From an uncultured Candidatus Saccharibacteria bacterium (lineage in GTDB: Bacteria; Patescibacteriota; Saccharimonadia; Saccharimonadales; Saccharimonadaceae), in assembly GCA_964514875.1 (NCBI GenBank), contig CAZETG010000001.1:12187-76186 (forward strand): 64,000 bases of DNA, given 5' to 3'. Under the pieces are notes generated by a model. That model was not told where the DNA came from. It saw only the letters and a list, made by a program, of their open reading frames with translations, and did no database searches. Shown in pieces: positions 28,622 to 38,580 of the stretch (position 1 is the stretch's first letter; each line of letters begins with the position of its first letter). The position numbers and the translations under genes were made by a program.

Positions 28622-29815
28622 ATGGCTAGAGTGGCGGCAAAAAATACGGTAGAAGAAGTACGCATTCAGAAGCTCATCCCCGGCGGGCAGGCGCTTGGTG
28701 AGCTGAGTAGCGGTAAAAAGATCTTTCTTTGGAATGCTCTGCCTGGCGAAATTATTACTGAGTTGCAAATTACGCAAGAAAAAAGTAGCTACGCCGAGGG
28801 AATTGCATTAGAAATTGCAGAAACTTCGCGTTTTCGCGTGGAGCCGAAGGACAATTGCTATCTCTCGACATCACCTTGGCAAATTCTGCAATATAAATAC
28901 GAATTGCAGCAAAAGACGGAGATATTACGGGAGATTTTCCGTCAGCATAAGTTAGATCTAGCGGAGGTCGAAATTTGGCCGGTGCAAACTGATCATCAAG
29001 ACTATTTTTACCGCAATAAAATGGAATATTCGCTCTATTTTAGCCATGAAGATCAGCTAATTCATCCAGCTTTTCATAGTCGTGGTTCTCATCGCAAAGT
29101 ACCGGTTGATTCTTCGAGCCTCGAACGACCAGAAATTTGGCAAGCCGCGCAGAAAATTATTACGCAGCTTAATCACGACCAAGCCGATGCACGTCAGTTT
29201 CAATCTTTATTGCTCAGAGCGAATCGCCAAGGTGTGGTCGAAGGTGGTCTTTTTGTCAATCACCAGCCACGTCCACGCCTCCAAAATTTGAGCGACGAGA
29301 TTTTAGGCTATAAGTATTCCTACTCGCCAAATGGCTTCTTTCAAATTAATTTACCAGTTTACGAGATGGCTCTGCGCGAGATCCGTCCATGGATCAAAAC
29401 GCAGCAAGTGCTAGACTTATACGCTGGAGTTGGCACGATTGGCCTTGCCGTGGCGCGCGAACATGATTTGACGCTTGTCGAATGCGACAAGTCAGCTTAT
29501 CGCGAGCTCGAACGCAACTGCCAAAATACTACTGCGAAGGCAGTGCTAGCTAAATCTGAGGAAGCATTAGAATATATTCAATCTGACCAGACGGTTATTC
29601 TTGATCCGCCTCGCGCCGGCATTCGGCCAGAATTGGTCGAGAAGCTATTAGGTGTTACGCCGCCGACGATCATTTATCTTTCTTGCAATCCTGTAACGCA
29701 AGCACGCGATGTAAAAATGCTCTCAGAAAAATATCAGATTAAAAAAATTGTGCCGTATAATTTTTTCCCGCACACCCCGCATCTCGAAAACTTAATGATT
29801 TTGGAGCTAACATAA
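28622..29815 (+). CDS. RNA (uracil-5)-methyltransferase, RlmD/TrmA family
   Basis: TRAM-like N-terminus, SAM motif LDLYAGVGTIGL and DPPRAG. Confidence 0.8.
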   Translation: MARVAAKNTVEEVRIQKLIPGGQALGELSSGKKIFLWNALPGEIITELQITQEKSSYAEGIALEIAETSRFRVEPKDNCYLSTSPWQILQYKYELQQKTEILREIFRQHKLDLAEVEIWPVQTDHQDYFYRNKMEYSLYFSHEDQLIHPAFHSRGSHRKVPVDSSSLERPEIWQAAQKIITQLNHDQADARQFQSLLLRANRQGVVEGGLFVNHQPRPRLQNLSDEILGYKYSYSPNGFFQINLPVYEMALREIRPWIKTQQVLDLYAGVGTIGLAVAREHDLTLVECDKSAYRELERNCQNTTAKAVLAKSEEALEYIQSDQTVILDPPRAGIRPELVEKLLGVTPPTIIYLSCNPVTQARDVKMLSEKYQIKKIVPYNFFPHTPHLENLMILELT

Positions 29816-32800
29816 ATGCCGCTGAACACCGAACAAAAACGTGCCGTAGAATATTTAGCAGGCCCGCTATTAGTCTTGGCTGGTCCCGGTACTGGCAAAA
29901 CTCAGCTACTTTCTGCTAAAGTCGCTTACATTCTCGAACAGACCGACGCAAACCCTGAGAATATTCTGTGTCTGACTTTCACGGAGGCTGGCGCGCGAAA
30001 CATGCGCGATCGCTTGCAGTCTATGATCGGCAAGGCGGCGCAAGACGTGAATATTTATACCTATCATGCTTTTAGCAAAGATCTACTTGATCGCTATCAA
30101 AACTACGCTGAGAGCATGGATCGCAAAATCGAAAGTACAATTGACGATACGCTTCAGTACAAAATCGTGGCCGAAATTCAGAACAAACTCCCCGCGATGG
30201 ATATTTTACGCAATGCACCAATTAAGGACATTATTAGTACAATCGGAAATGCGAAGTCTGCTCGCTTATCTAGCGCGGATCTGCAAAAGATTGCCGAACA
30301 AAATATTCAGGATAGTAATGATATTAGCCTAGAGATTTCGCCAATTCTCGAAACTGCGCCAAAACGTTGTAAATTTAACATTGCAGTTGAGCAGATTTAT
30401 CAACCGATTTTAGCGATACTCGCGAAATATATTAGCGCACAACCGATTGTTGGTAATATCGAGCGTATTGCGAATGCTTTGACGCGCGAGCTTAATCAGA
30501 TCATCGAGAAAGAATCCGCCGTAACGAGGCCGAGCGTTAGCGTTTTAACGAAATGGCGCGACAAACGCTTCGAAAAAGATAGCGACGGCAATTACCGCCT
30601 CAAAGATCACATCGCCAACAAAAAGTTGCTTTCTCTAGCGCAAATTATGCAGAAGTATGATGCGCGCTTGCAACAGGACGGCCTGTATGATTTCGACGAT
30701 ATGATTGAATGGACGATTCAATATTTGAAGCAGGATCGCGGTTTTCGTCTCAGTTTATCAGAATTATTCCAATATATTTTGCTCGATGAATTTCAAGATA
30801 CAAATACCTCGCAGTTTGAGCTAATTAAGCTTTTGACCGATTACGAGCGGCCAGCCGTCATGGCCGTCGGCGACGATGATCAGGCGATTTATGCTTTTCA
30901 AGGTGCGAACGCTTCGAATTTAATGGATTTTCAGGAACATTATCGAGCCGAAATCATTAGTCTAGTGAAAAATTATCGTAGTACGGGCGAAATCTTGAGT
31001 TTATCGCGCAAAATTGCCGATCAAATCGTTGATAGTTTTGCAAATAGTTATGATAATGTCGACAAAACTTTAGTATCGATGCAAGATGAAATGAATGGTG
31101 TAACGGACAAATCTAGTATTTCACGCCACGAATTTGCCTGTCCGGAAGCAGAATACTATTGGGTAGCGAAACAGATTAGAACACTAGTAAAATCTGGCGA
31201 AGACCCCTCCGAAATCGCCATCCTGGCGCCAAAACATAAGAATCTTGTCGCGATTGTTCCATATTTGAAGGCGCAAAATCTTGAAATTGCTTACGAGAAA
31301 CGCGAAAACTTATTGCAAGATACGCAATTGCAGATGATTATTAAACTAGCAGAATTCGTCCAGCAGCTCGCAGAAGGAAAACAACCAGCGCATCAAGTTC
31401 TAGAACTTTTATCTTTTGAATTTTGGAATTTTCCGGCGCTGGAGGTTGTAGGGCTATTTAACGAGCGTCGAATTAGTCAAAATATTTTAAAACTACTGGA
31501 AAGTAACGAAAATTTTACTCCATTAGCACAATTTCTGGCGGATTTAGTTGTAAAATCTACGACCGCCCCGCTCGAACTAATGCTGGACTATTTGATTGGA
31601 AATCTAGAACTGAATGGTTATACTTCGCCGTTTTTGCAATATTATCAAGCCAAGTTTAGCGACGCTGAACTCTTGGAATTTTACGAAAGTTTAGCGACTT
31701 TTCGGCAAACTGTCCTGAGCCACGCACACACATTACATCCAGAACAAAGTAATTTTGCGCCGAAGCTGGCCGATTTTGTCGCGACGATCAGGGATTACGA
31801 AAACGCCGAAGCCGAAATTATGCGTATCAGTAATTACCGAGATAGTAGTAGCGCTATACAAGTTATGACAGCCTTCAAGAGTAAAGGTCTCGAATTTAAA
31901 CATGTTTTTCTGACTTCGGTCGACGATACGGCTTGGGGTAAAGCCAAAGGCAACAATAATTTGCTCGCTCTGCCTTGCAACTTAATCCAGATTCGCCATA
32001 CTGGTATTAGCGACGACGAAAAGTTACGCTTGCTCTTCGTCGCCATGACGCGTGCCAAACAAAGCCTCACGATGACGAACTCGCAACTGACTAGCGACGG
32101 CAAAAATATTAACCGGTTGAGTTATTTGCACGAATCTAGTCCCGAGGACGTTGCACAATTATCTACTTTCTTGCCTGAAGCCGCGCAAGAGATTCATATG
32201 CATTGCGATGAACTGAGTACAGAACAAAAGATCGAAACACTGCGCACGGATTGGGTTTCACACTATCAACAACAAATTCCTGCCGTCGCCGAAATTCTCA
32301 AGGCGCGCGTTGAGAATTACCGCATGACTGCGACGACTCTGACTAGTTTTATCGATTTGGTTTACGCTGGTCCGCGCACAATCTATGCACGCAATATCTT
32401 GCATTCTCCTGATGAGCCCGCGACTCCCAGCGAATGCTATGGCACACTAGTACACCGCGTTTTTGAGCAGATCACAAGTCAGGCAATTGACGACCAGACC
32501 GCACTTGACCAATTTCGTAATGCTGTACCGCAAACGGTTTTAGACTATGATGATCAACAGAAACTACTTGAAGCTGGATTGCATAATCTTAAGATTGCTT
32601 TGCGCGAGTTTGGCCCGATTTTGCGCCACGGTCATGCGAAAGCCGAAGTTAATCTCTCGCCCGAACACCCAACACTCAATGGAATCCCCCTTGCAGGTAC
32701 GCTCGATCATATTCATATCGATTCCGCCAATAAAACCATTGAGATTTACGATTTCAAAACTGGTAAATACCGCTCTGAAAAATGGGATCGACATCCATCT

Positions 32801-33121
32801 TTATATAAATACCGTTTGCAGCTCGGGTTCTATAAGCTGCTGCTAAATCTTTCGCCAAGTTATCAAAAATACAAAGTCACACACGGACATATCTTGTTCG
32901 TCACGCCCGATAATGACGGTAAAGTTTATGATAAACTTTATGAATTTAATGACGAAGACGAGAAAGAGCTGAAACAATTAATTGAAAAGGTCTACTGGCA
33001 GATCACGAGCTTGAATTTCGTCCAAGACCCAGACGTCTTTTTACCGAGTGATGCCAATAATGGCATGAAGCAAATTCGCGAGTTTGTTACCAAAATACTC
33101 GAAACACCAATGTCAGAATAA
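29816..33121 (+). CDS. UvrD-like helicase fused to a C-terminal PD-(D/E)XK nuclease (AddA/RecB-like)
   Basis: AGPGTGKT, ILLDEFQDTN, AFKSKGLEFKHVFL and LLFVAMTRAKQSL motifs. C-terminal GTLDHIHID..IEIYDFKTGK; 1101 aa. Confidence 0.85.
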   Translation: MPLNTEQKRAVEYLAGPLLVLAGPGTGKTQLLSAKVAYILEQTDANPENILCLTFTEAGARNMRDRLQSMIGKAAQDVNIYTYHAFSKDLLDRYQNYAESMDRKIESTIDDTLQYKIVAEIQNKLPAMDILRNAPIKDIISTIGNAKSARLSSADLQKIAEQNIQDSNDISLEISPILETAPKRCKFNIAVEQIYQPILAILAKYISAQPIVGNIERIANALTRELNQIIEKESAVTRPSVSVLTKWRDKRFEKDSDGNYRLKDHIANKKLLSLAQIMQKYDARLQQDGLYDFDDMIEWTIQYLKQDRGFRLSLSELFQYILLDEFQDTNTSQFELIKLLTDYERPAVMAVGDDDQAIYAFQGANASNLMDFQEHYRAEIISLVKNYRSTGEILSLSRKIADQIVDSFANSYDNVDKTLVSMQDEMNGVTDKSSISRHEFACPEAEYYWVAKQIRTLVKSGEDPSEIAILAPKHKNLVAIVPYLKAQNLEIAYEKRENLLQDTQLQMIIKLAEFVQQLAEGKQPAHQVLELLSFEFWNFPALEVVGLFNERRISQNILKLLESNENFTPLAQFLADLVVKSTTAPLELMLDYLIGNLELNGYTSPFLQYYQAKFSDAELLEFYESLATFRQTVLSHAHTLHPEQSNFAPKLADFVATIRDYENAEAEIMRISNYRDSSSAIQVMTAFKSKGLEFKHVFLTSVDDTAWGKAKGNNNLLALPCNLIQIRHTGISDDEKLRLLFVAMTRAKQSLTMTNSQLTSDGKNINRLSYLHESSPEDVAQLSTFLPEAAQEIHMHCDELSTEQKIETLRTDWVSHYQQQIPAVAEILKARVENYRMTATTLTSFIDLVYAGPRTIYARNILHSPDEPATPSECYGTLVHRVFEQITSQAIDDQTALDQFRNAVPQTVLDYDDQQKLLEAGLHNLKIALREFGPILRHGHAKAEVNLSPEHPTLNGIPLAGTLDHIHIDSANKTIEIYDFKTGKYRSEKWDRHPSLYKYRLQLGFYKLLLNLSPSYQKYKVTHGHILFVTPDNDGKVYDKLYEFNDEDEKELKQLIEKVYWQITSLNFVQDPDVFLPSDANNGMKQIREFVTKILETPMSE

Positions 33122-33129
33122 GGTAATGC

Positions 33130-33158
33130 TTGCAGTTTTGTATGCGACGTAGTAAAAT
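33130..33158 (+). promoter_or_regulatory. Promoter TTGCAG-17-TAAAAT
   Basis: TTGCAGttttgtatgcgacgtagTAAAAT, immediately after the helicase-nuclease stop. Confidence 0.45.
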
Positions 33159-33317
33159 ACAGACATACCGAGCGATATCAGACGAATAAACACTTGGTTG
33201 TTGTACCCATTTCCACGAGCAGCACTCTAAGAGGTGATGGCTAAACAAAAAACTGTTTTTCCGTAATATGTCGATTCGGTAGTAATTTAGTGGATTTACA
33301 CGAAGGGGGTGACATGA

Positions 33318-33491
33318 TTGGCAACTACGTACAATGACAAGTTTGGACGGCCGCATTTGACGGAAGACGAAGCGCGTTTAGCGTCTTACAGCACCGCTCA
33401 CGGTCAATACACCGCCAATGACGGAAGGGTATTTACGACTGAGCGTGAGCTGCAGGAATATTATCTGAAGAAAGAACGCGGCCTCGCCTAA
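33318..33491 (+). CDS. Small hypothetical protein (57 aa, TTG start)
   Basis: Strong SD GAAGGGGGTGA 5 nt upstream of the TTG. Open frame ..TEDEARLASYSTAHGQYTANDGRVFTTERELQEYYLKKERGLA. A terminator lies downstream. This ORF is below the ORF-track size cut-off. Confidence 0.3.
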   Translation: MATTYNDKFGRPHLTEDEARLASYSTAHGQYTANDGRVFTTERELQEYYLKKERGLA

Positions 33492-33575
33492 GGACGAGCG
33501 CTAACCGCGCCGTACAATCAACAATCCCAAGGGACATCGGGTTCCATATTTAAAATTCACTCATTTACTGACCTC

Positions 33576-33601
33576 GGGGCGACTTTATGTCGCCCCATTT
33601 T
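33576..33601 (+). terminator. Rho-independent terminator
   Basis: GGGGCGAC-tttat-GTCGCCCC followed by ATTTT. Confidence 0.7.
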
Positions 33602-33689
33602 CAAGATCCTAGAGACCACGCCATAGGAGAAGAGACGGCATGCAGCCAGTGAGTCTCATATAGTTGTACATACGTCTATTCTATCTTCT

Positions 33690-33899
33690 TACCATTATCC
33701 CTATCGTACTAGACAGCGGAGGGGAATATTCATCCAACGCTGATCAATACTAATAGGATAAACATTTGTAGCATTAAAATAAAGGCTGGACGCACTTTGG
33801 AAATCTGCGTTAGGTAACGCACGCGACGACCAAAAAACCGCATGTGTACCGGTATTTTGACCAATCCACCCCACTTCCCAAACCGCATCGCCCCGCACT
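33690..33899 (-). repeat. PLRCLVR cassette c4
   Basis: 5' AGTGCGGGGCGATG (one A>G change) and 3' CCCCTCCGCTGTCTAGTACGATAGGGATAATGGTAAGAAG. Length 210 nt. Frame reads VRGDAVWEVGWIGQNTGTHAVFWSSR..IPLRCLVR. Confidence 0.9.
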
Positions 33900-33971
33900 A
33901 GGTGACAGAAAAATTTGGTAAAATACTCATCGATTCTTACGTAACCTTAATCTATGCATAAAAAATCCGAA

Positions 33972-34011
33972 ATACCAAAAAACGCCGAATAAACTCGGCG
34001 GATTTTGGTAT
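33972..34011 (-). terminator. Rho-independent terminator of rpmE2
   Basis: The minus-strand RNA folds as AUACCAAAAUCCGCCGA-guuuau-UCGGCGUUUUUUGGUAU, with a U-run. Confidence 0.65.
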
Positions 34012-34018
34012 GATACGA

Positions 34019-34357
34019 TTATTTTTCGTCAACAGATTTAGCAGCCTTCTTGGCAGCTTCTTTCTCGGCTTTCTTCGTTTTATTACCGAGCGAAGCGCGC
34101 AACGTGGCGGCTCTTTCGGCGCGAGCCTTGAAGCGATCGACACGCCCCTCAGTATCGATAATCTTTTCTTCACCGGTAAAGAATGGGTGCGAAGCGGACG
34201 AAATCTGGATCTTGACCAAAGGATATTCATTGCCATCTTCCCACTTGATAGTCTCCTCACTCTTAGCCATAGATCGCGTCAAGAACGAAAAATTCGCTGC
34301 CTCATCCATAAAGACGACATAGCGATAATCTTGTGGTTGTGAAACTTTATTACTCAT
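34019..34357 (-). CDS. rpmE2: 50S ribosomal protein L31 type B with a Lys/Ala-rich tail
   Basis: [39 protein letters not shown] pattern, with no CxxC zinc motif. Confidence 0.85.
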   Translation of the reverse strand: MSNKVSQPQDYRYVVFMDEAANFSFLTRSMAKSEETIKWEDGNEYPLVKIQISSASHPFFTGEEKIIDTEGRVDRFKARAERAATLRASLGNKTKKAEKEAAKKAAKSVDEK

Positions 34358-34457
34358 ATCTTGAATCAGTTTACCACAGATTCAATGAACTGTAAACCCT
34401 GTTTTCTGGAAAATACATCCTACGAGGCTTACGATGCCTAACGTACCCAGACTCCCC

Positions 34458-34486
34458 TTGACTATCATCGAGCAGCATGCTAAAAT
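34458..34486 (+). promoter_or_regulatory. Promoter TTGACT-17-TGcTAAAAT upstream of rpsB
   Basis: TTGACTatcatcgagcagcaTGCTAAAAT. Confidence 0.65.
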
Positions 34487-34581
34487 GAAAGCATCAATTT
34501 AATTTAAACGAAGCAGCTATAGGCAATTTCCTGGATTAGGCTTAGGTCGCATCCTCGTCTATAGCAAAGAGAAAGGAAAAT

Positions 34582-35289
34582 ATGACAATCGATCCAAAAA
34601 ATGTCGATATCAAGGCTTTATTAGAAGCTGGTGCTCATTTTGGGCACAAGACTAGCCGTTGGCACCCTAAAATGGCTCCATACATTCATAGCAAACGCCA
34701 GGGCGGACATATCATCAATCTTGAAAAAACAGTCGAGGCTCTTGAGACCGCTTTGCCGGCATTGACCTCCATTGCTGCTAGCGGCAAGAAAATCCTCTTC
34801 GTCGGCACAAAGAAGCAACTAAAGGACATTACGAAAGAAGCCGCCGAATCTGTCAATATGCCTTACGTTACGGTGCGTTGGGTTGGTGGTATTTTAACTA
34901 ATGTTGAGACTATCAACAAACAGATCAAGAAGCTGAAAGATCTCGAACGCCGCATGGCTTCTGGCGAGCTCGAGGCGCGGTACTCTAAGCTCGAAGTGCA
35001 GCGCTTCCAGGAAGAAATCGACACCCTGAATGAACGTTACGGTGGCGTCAAAGACATGAATGAGCGTCCAGCTGCTGTGATTGTGACCGATGCCGTTCAA
35101 GACAAAAATGCTATCAAAGAGGTTAATATTCTTAAGATTCCAGTCTTTGCAATTTGCGATACAAATGTTGACCCAACCAATATTGATTACGTAATTCCGG
35201 CTAATGATGATGCAATCAAATCTGTCAACCTCATCCTTGATTATATGGTTGCAGCCATTAAGGAAGGTCAGACCAAGCAAAACGCATAA
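34582..35289 (+). CDS. rpsB: 30S ribosomal protein S2
   Basis: LLEAGAHFGHKTSRWHPKM signature; 235 aa. Confidence 0.95.
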   Translation: MTIDPKNVDIKALLEAGAHFGHKTSRWHPKMAPYIHSKRQGGHIINLEKTVEALETALPALTSIAASGKKILFVGTKKQLKDITKEAAESVNMPYVTVRWVGGILTNVETINKQIKKLKDLERRMASGELEARYSKLEVQRFQEEIDTLNERYGGVKDMNERPAAVIVTDAVQDKNAIKEVNILKIPVFAICDTNVDPTNIDYVIPANDDAIKSVNLILDYMVAAIKEGQTKQNA

Positions 35290-35329
35290 TATCGAAGTAT
35301 TATAGTAACTTTTAATTAGGAGGCTTACA

Positions 35330-35953
35330 ATGAGCGAAGAATTCAACGATAAAGCTGGCGAGGTTAAAAATATCTCTATCGAGTTAATTAAAAAACTAAA
35401 AGAGCTTTCTGGCGTCGGTCTGACCGATGCAAAGCAAGCACTCGTAGAAGCGAAAGGAAATTTCGATAAGGCTCTAGAAGCTATGCGTAAAAAGGGCATG
35501 ACCAAAGCTGAGAAGCGCGGTGATCGCGAAACGCGCGAGGGAATTATTGAGACTTATGTCCACGACGGACGTCTTGGCGCGATTGTCGAAGTTAACTGTG
35601 AGACAAGTTTCGTTGCTCATACTGAAGAATTTAAAAATTTGGCACACAAAATTGCTATGCAAGTTGCTTCCATGAATCCGATTTATGTCAGTATGGACAA
35701 CATACCTGATAAGGAGCTTGAAGCTAAGAAAAAGGAGTTCGAAAGCAACTTTAAGGGTCCGGAAAATATGAAGGACCAGATCATTGGCGGTCAGCTCAAA
35801 AAAGCCTTTTCCGATAAGGTCCTTATGGAGCAGCCTTATATTCTTGACGACGGCCTGACAGTCGCCCAATTTATCAAAGAAGCTATCGCAAAGACCGGTG
35901 AAAATATTACGGTCCGTCAGTTTAAGCGTCTTGAGCTTGGCGTAACTGAATAA
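35330..35953 (+). CDS. tsf: Elongation factor Ts (short form)
   Basis: UBA-like N-terminus IKKLKELSGVGLTDAKQALVEAKGNFDKALEAMRKKG and the dimerisation core. Confidence 0.9.
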   Translation: MSEEFNDKAGEVKNISIELIKKLKELSGVGLTDAKQALVEAKGNFDKALEAMRKKGMTKAEKRGDRETREGIIETYVHDGRLGAIVEVNCETSFVAHTEEFKNLAHKIAMQVASMNPIYVSMDNIPDKELEAKKKEFESNFKGPENMKDQIIGGQLKKAFSDKVLMEQPYILDDGLTVAQFIKEAIAKTGENITVRQFKRLELGVTE

Positions 35954-35981
35954 AAATGTAGTAAGTTGTAAGGAGGCATAA

Positions 35982-36524
35982 ATGTTTGACGATACCGAAT
36001 ATCGCAAAGCAATGGAGACGGTAATTTCGCGCTTTCAGGATGAGATGAAAAAGGTACGCACCGGACGTGCGCATCCAGACATGCTCGCCAATATCAAAGT
36101 CGAAGCGTATGGACAATTTATGCCTCTTAATCAAGTTGCTAATGTCACTACATCCGGAGCCAGTCTTTTGCAAGTCACGCCTTTTGATCCCAGTACTCTT
36201 CAGGCGATCGCTGCAGCAATTCGTAATGATGCTGCGCTCGGGCTTAATCCTACCGACGACGGGCATATCGTACGTGTGCCCGTTCCGCCGCTTACCGAGG
36301 AGCGTCGCAAGGAGATTGTCAAAAACGCCTCTAGCAAAGTCGAGGAAGCAAAAATCGCCATTCGTAATGTGCGTGAGGATGCCCGTAAAGAGCTAAAAGT
36401 GGCCGAATTACCCGAAGATACTAAGAAAAAATCTGAAAAAAGTGTCGACGAATTAACGAAGGCTTTTACCGACAAGATTGATGTGCTCTTCAAAGAGAAG
36501 TCTGCGGAGATTATGGCGATTTAA
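35982..36524 (+). CDS. frr: Ribosome recycling factor
   Basis: VRTGRAHPDML..PLTEERRKE.. pattern; 180 aa. Confidence 0.95.
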   Translation: MFDDTEYRKAMETVISRFQDEMKKVRTGRAHPDMLANIKVEAYGQFMPLNQVANVTTSGASLLQVTPFDPSTLQAIAAAIRNDAALGLNPTDDGHIVRVPVPPLTEERRKEIVKNASSKVEEAKIAIRNVREDARKELKVAELPEDTKKKSEKSVDELTKAFTDKIDVLFKEKSAEIMAI

Positions 36525-37204
36525 TGTCTAAAAAACTCAAGCATTTAGGCTTCATTGTTGATGGCAATCGGCGCTGGGCGCGTGAACGGCATTTGCCGAC
36601 GCTAGAAGGTCATCGTCGTGGCATGAACCAAGTTGAAGCGGTCGTTGATGCTTTGCAAAATACAGAAGTTGAGTATGCCACCTTTTTCCTTTTTAGTGTC
36701 GAAAATTGGAATCGCTCACCCGAAGAAGTTGACTATCTAATGGATCTAGCCTGGACGTCGATCGATCGCTTAGCTAAAAAACTCCACAAACATAATGGTA
36801 GATTACTGATTTTGGGCCGCCAAGAGCATGTTGATCCCAAACTTTGGCAAAAAATCGAATCCGCCCAGGATTTAACCAAAAATAATACCGGGTTGAAAGT
36901 CAGCATTTGTTTTAATTATAGTGGTCATTGGGAAATCGTTGATGCAGCACGTAAAGCGCACGAAGCCAACGAGGAGACGTGGACTCCAGAAACATTTCGG
37001 AAGTACCTGTATTATCCGGAAGTTCCAGATCTCGATATGATCGTGCGCACCAGTGGTGAAAATCGGCTCTCTGGATTTATGCTATGGCGCGCAAGCTATG
37101 CAGAGTTTCTCTTTGTGCAAAAGTATTTCCCCGACATCGCAGAGCAGGATGTGACGGACATTATTGAAGAGTATCATCGCCGCGATCGCCGTTTCGGGAA
37201 ATAG
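36524..37204 (+). CDS. uppS: Di-trans,poly-cis-undecaprenyl-diphosphate synthase
   Basis: GFIVDGNRRWA, RTSGENRLSGFMLWR and RRFG motifs. TAATG overlap with frr. Confidence 0.9.
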   Translation: MSKKLKHLGFIVDGNRRWARERHLPTLEGHRRGMNQVEAVVDALQNTEVEYATFFLFSVENWNRSPEEVDYLMDLAWTSIDRLAKKLHKHNGRLLILGRQEHVDPKLWQKIESAQDLTKNNTGLKVSICFNYSGHWEIVDAARKAHEANEETWTPETFRKYLYYPEVPDLDMIVRTSGENRLSGFMLWRASYAEFLFVQKYFPDIAEQDVTDIIEEYHRRDRRFGK

Positions 37205-37333
37205 TAAGCAAGCTGACGCGAAAAACTAATGTTAAACATTCCCGAGACAATAAACCTAGGCAATTATTAAAACTTCGCATAATTTTGACATTTAGTCCGC
37301 ACGTTTTTCTTAATGTATAGTATAATAAAAGAT

Positions 37334-38572
37334 ATGGGAAGTTTAAATTTAATCTTGGGTATTATTGTTGGTTTATTTATTTTAATGTTCTTAGTGATCG
37401 TGCATGAATTTGGTCACTTTATCATGGCACGTCGCAATGGTGTAAAAGTTAACGAATTCGGAATTGGCTTTCCGCCTCGAGCAATTGCATGGGTGAAAAA
37501 AACAGTCGAAACCAAAGACGCTGACAACAATACCATTACGAAAGAAAAATGGGTGAAGATTCCCAAAAGCGAATGGGATAAGTCGCAAGACTCACTGATC
37601 TTTAGTATCAACTGGCTACCAATCGGCGGATTTTGTTCTATGGACGGCGAATCCGATTCCGATACGCGCAAAGGCACTTTTGGTGCAGCCAGTTTTGCTG
37701 CAAAAACCAAAATTCTTTTCGGCGGCGTTGCTATGAACTGGCTAGTCGCCATAGTTATTCTGACGATACTAGCCTTAACTGGTATGCCGCAATTTCTTGA
37801 CAATCAGTTTAATATCCCATCCGACGCAACTCGAATCGGCGGTGGAGTTTCTGTTGCAGATGTCGTGGCCGATTCGCCCGCACAAGCTGCCGGATTTCAG
37901 AATGGCGATAAAATCATTAAAGCGGGCGATGTCGAAATCGTCTATCCGAGTGACATTACATCTTACGGCAAATCGCATGCCGGCGAAAAAGTTACTTATA
38001 TTGTTGAACGTGAAGGCGTCGGCGAACAAGCACTAGTTGCAACACTAAATGAAGAAGACGCCGAATATTCGCTTGGTATTGAAATGAGCTACGGTCAAAG
38101 CTACGTTCGCTCGACTTGGTCGGCACCGATCGTCGGCATCGGTACGACTTTACAACTAACAACCGAGACCTTCAAAGGCCTTGGCGAAATGATCTGGAAT
38201 CTAATTTCTGGAGTTGCTAGGCAGTTTAGCTTTGACTCTAGCGTCCGCGAGGAAGGACAGCAAGCAATAGGTACCGCAGGCGACGCTGTCTCTGGCCCTG
38301 TCGGCATTGTCGGCGTTATTTTTCCGGCCTTTACTACCATGGGGCTACCTAGTCTCGCGTTTCTAGCCGCTCTAATCTCCGTATCGCTCGCTTGCATGAA
38401 CGTTTTGCCAATTCCAGCGCTCGACGGCGGCCGTTGGCTTCTCATCGCTATTTATAAATTACGCAAGAAAAAGCTCACGAAAGAAACAGAAGAAAAAATC
38501 GTTTCACGCGCTTTTATGGTCCTAATTTTATTAATTGTTTTGGTTACCATTCTTGATATTAGCAGGTTGTAG
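37334..38572 (+). CDS. rseP: Site-2 (M50) zinc metalloprotease, RseP-like
   Basis: HEFGHF, a central PDZ-like segment and NVLPIPALDGG. Start trimmed to 37334 because a TATAAT box (37321-37326) lies inside the longer ORF. Confidence 0.85.
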   Translation: MGSLNLILGIIVGLFILMFLVIVHEFGHFIMARRNGVKVNEFGIGFPPRAIAWVKKTVETKDADNNTITKEKWVKIPKSEWDKSQDSLIFSINWLPIGGFCSMDGESDSDTRKGTFGAASFAAKTKILFGGVAMNWLVAIVILTILALTGMPQFLDNQFNIPSDATRIGGGVSVADVVADSPAQAAGFQNGDKIIKAGDVEIVYPSDITSYGKSHAGEKVTYIVEREGVGEQALVATLNEEDAEYSLGIEMSYGQSYVRSTWSAPIVGIGTTLQLTTETFKGLGEMIWNLISGVARQFSFDSSVREEGQQAIGTAGDAVSGPVGIVGVIFPAFTTMGLPSLAFLAALISVSLACMNVLPIPALDGGRWLLIAIYKLRKKKLTKETEEKIVSRAFMVLILLIVLVTILDISRL

Positions 38573-38580
38573 GGAACTCC

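Noticed and set aside
33237-33266. A nine-codon upstream ORF (MAKQKTVFP) lies behind AAGAGGTG in the mini transcription unit.
   Set aside because: The SD-like sequence abuts the ATG, with about 2 nt of spacing, which is too close for normal initiation. No other support exists.
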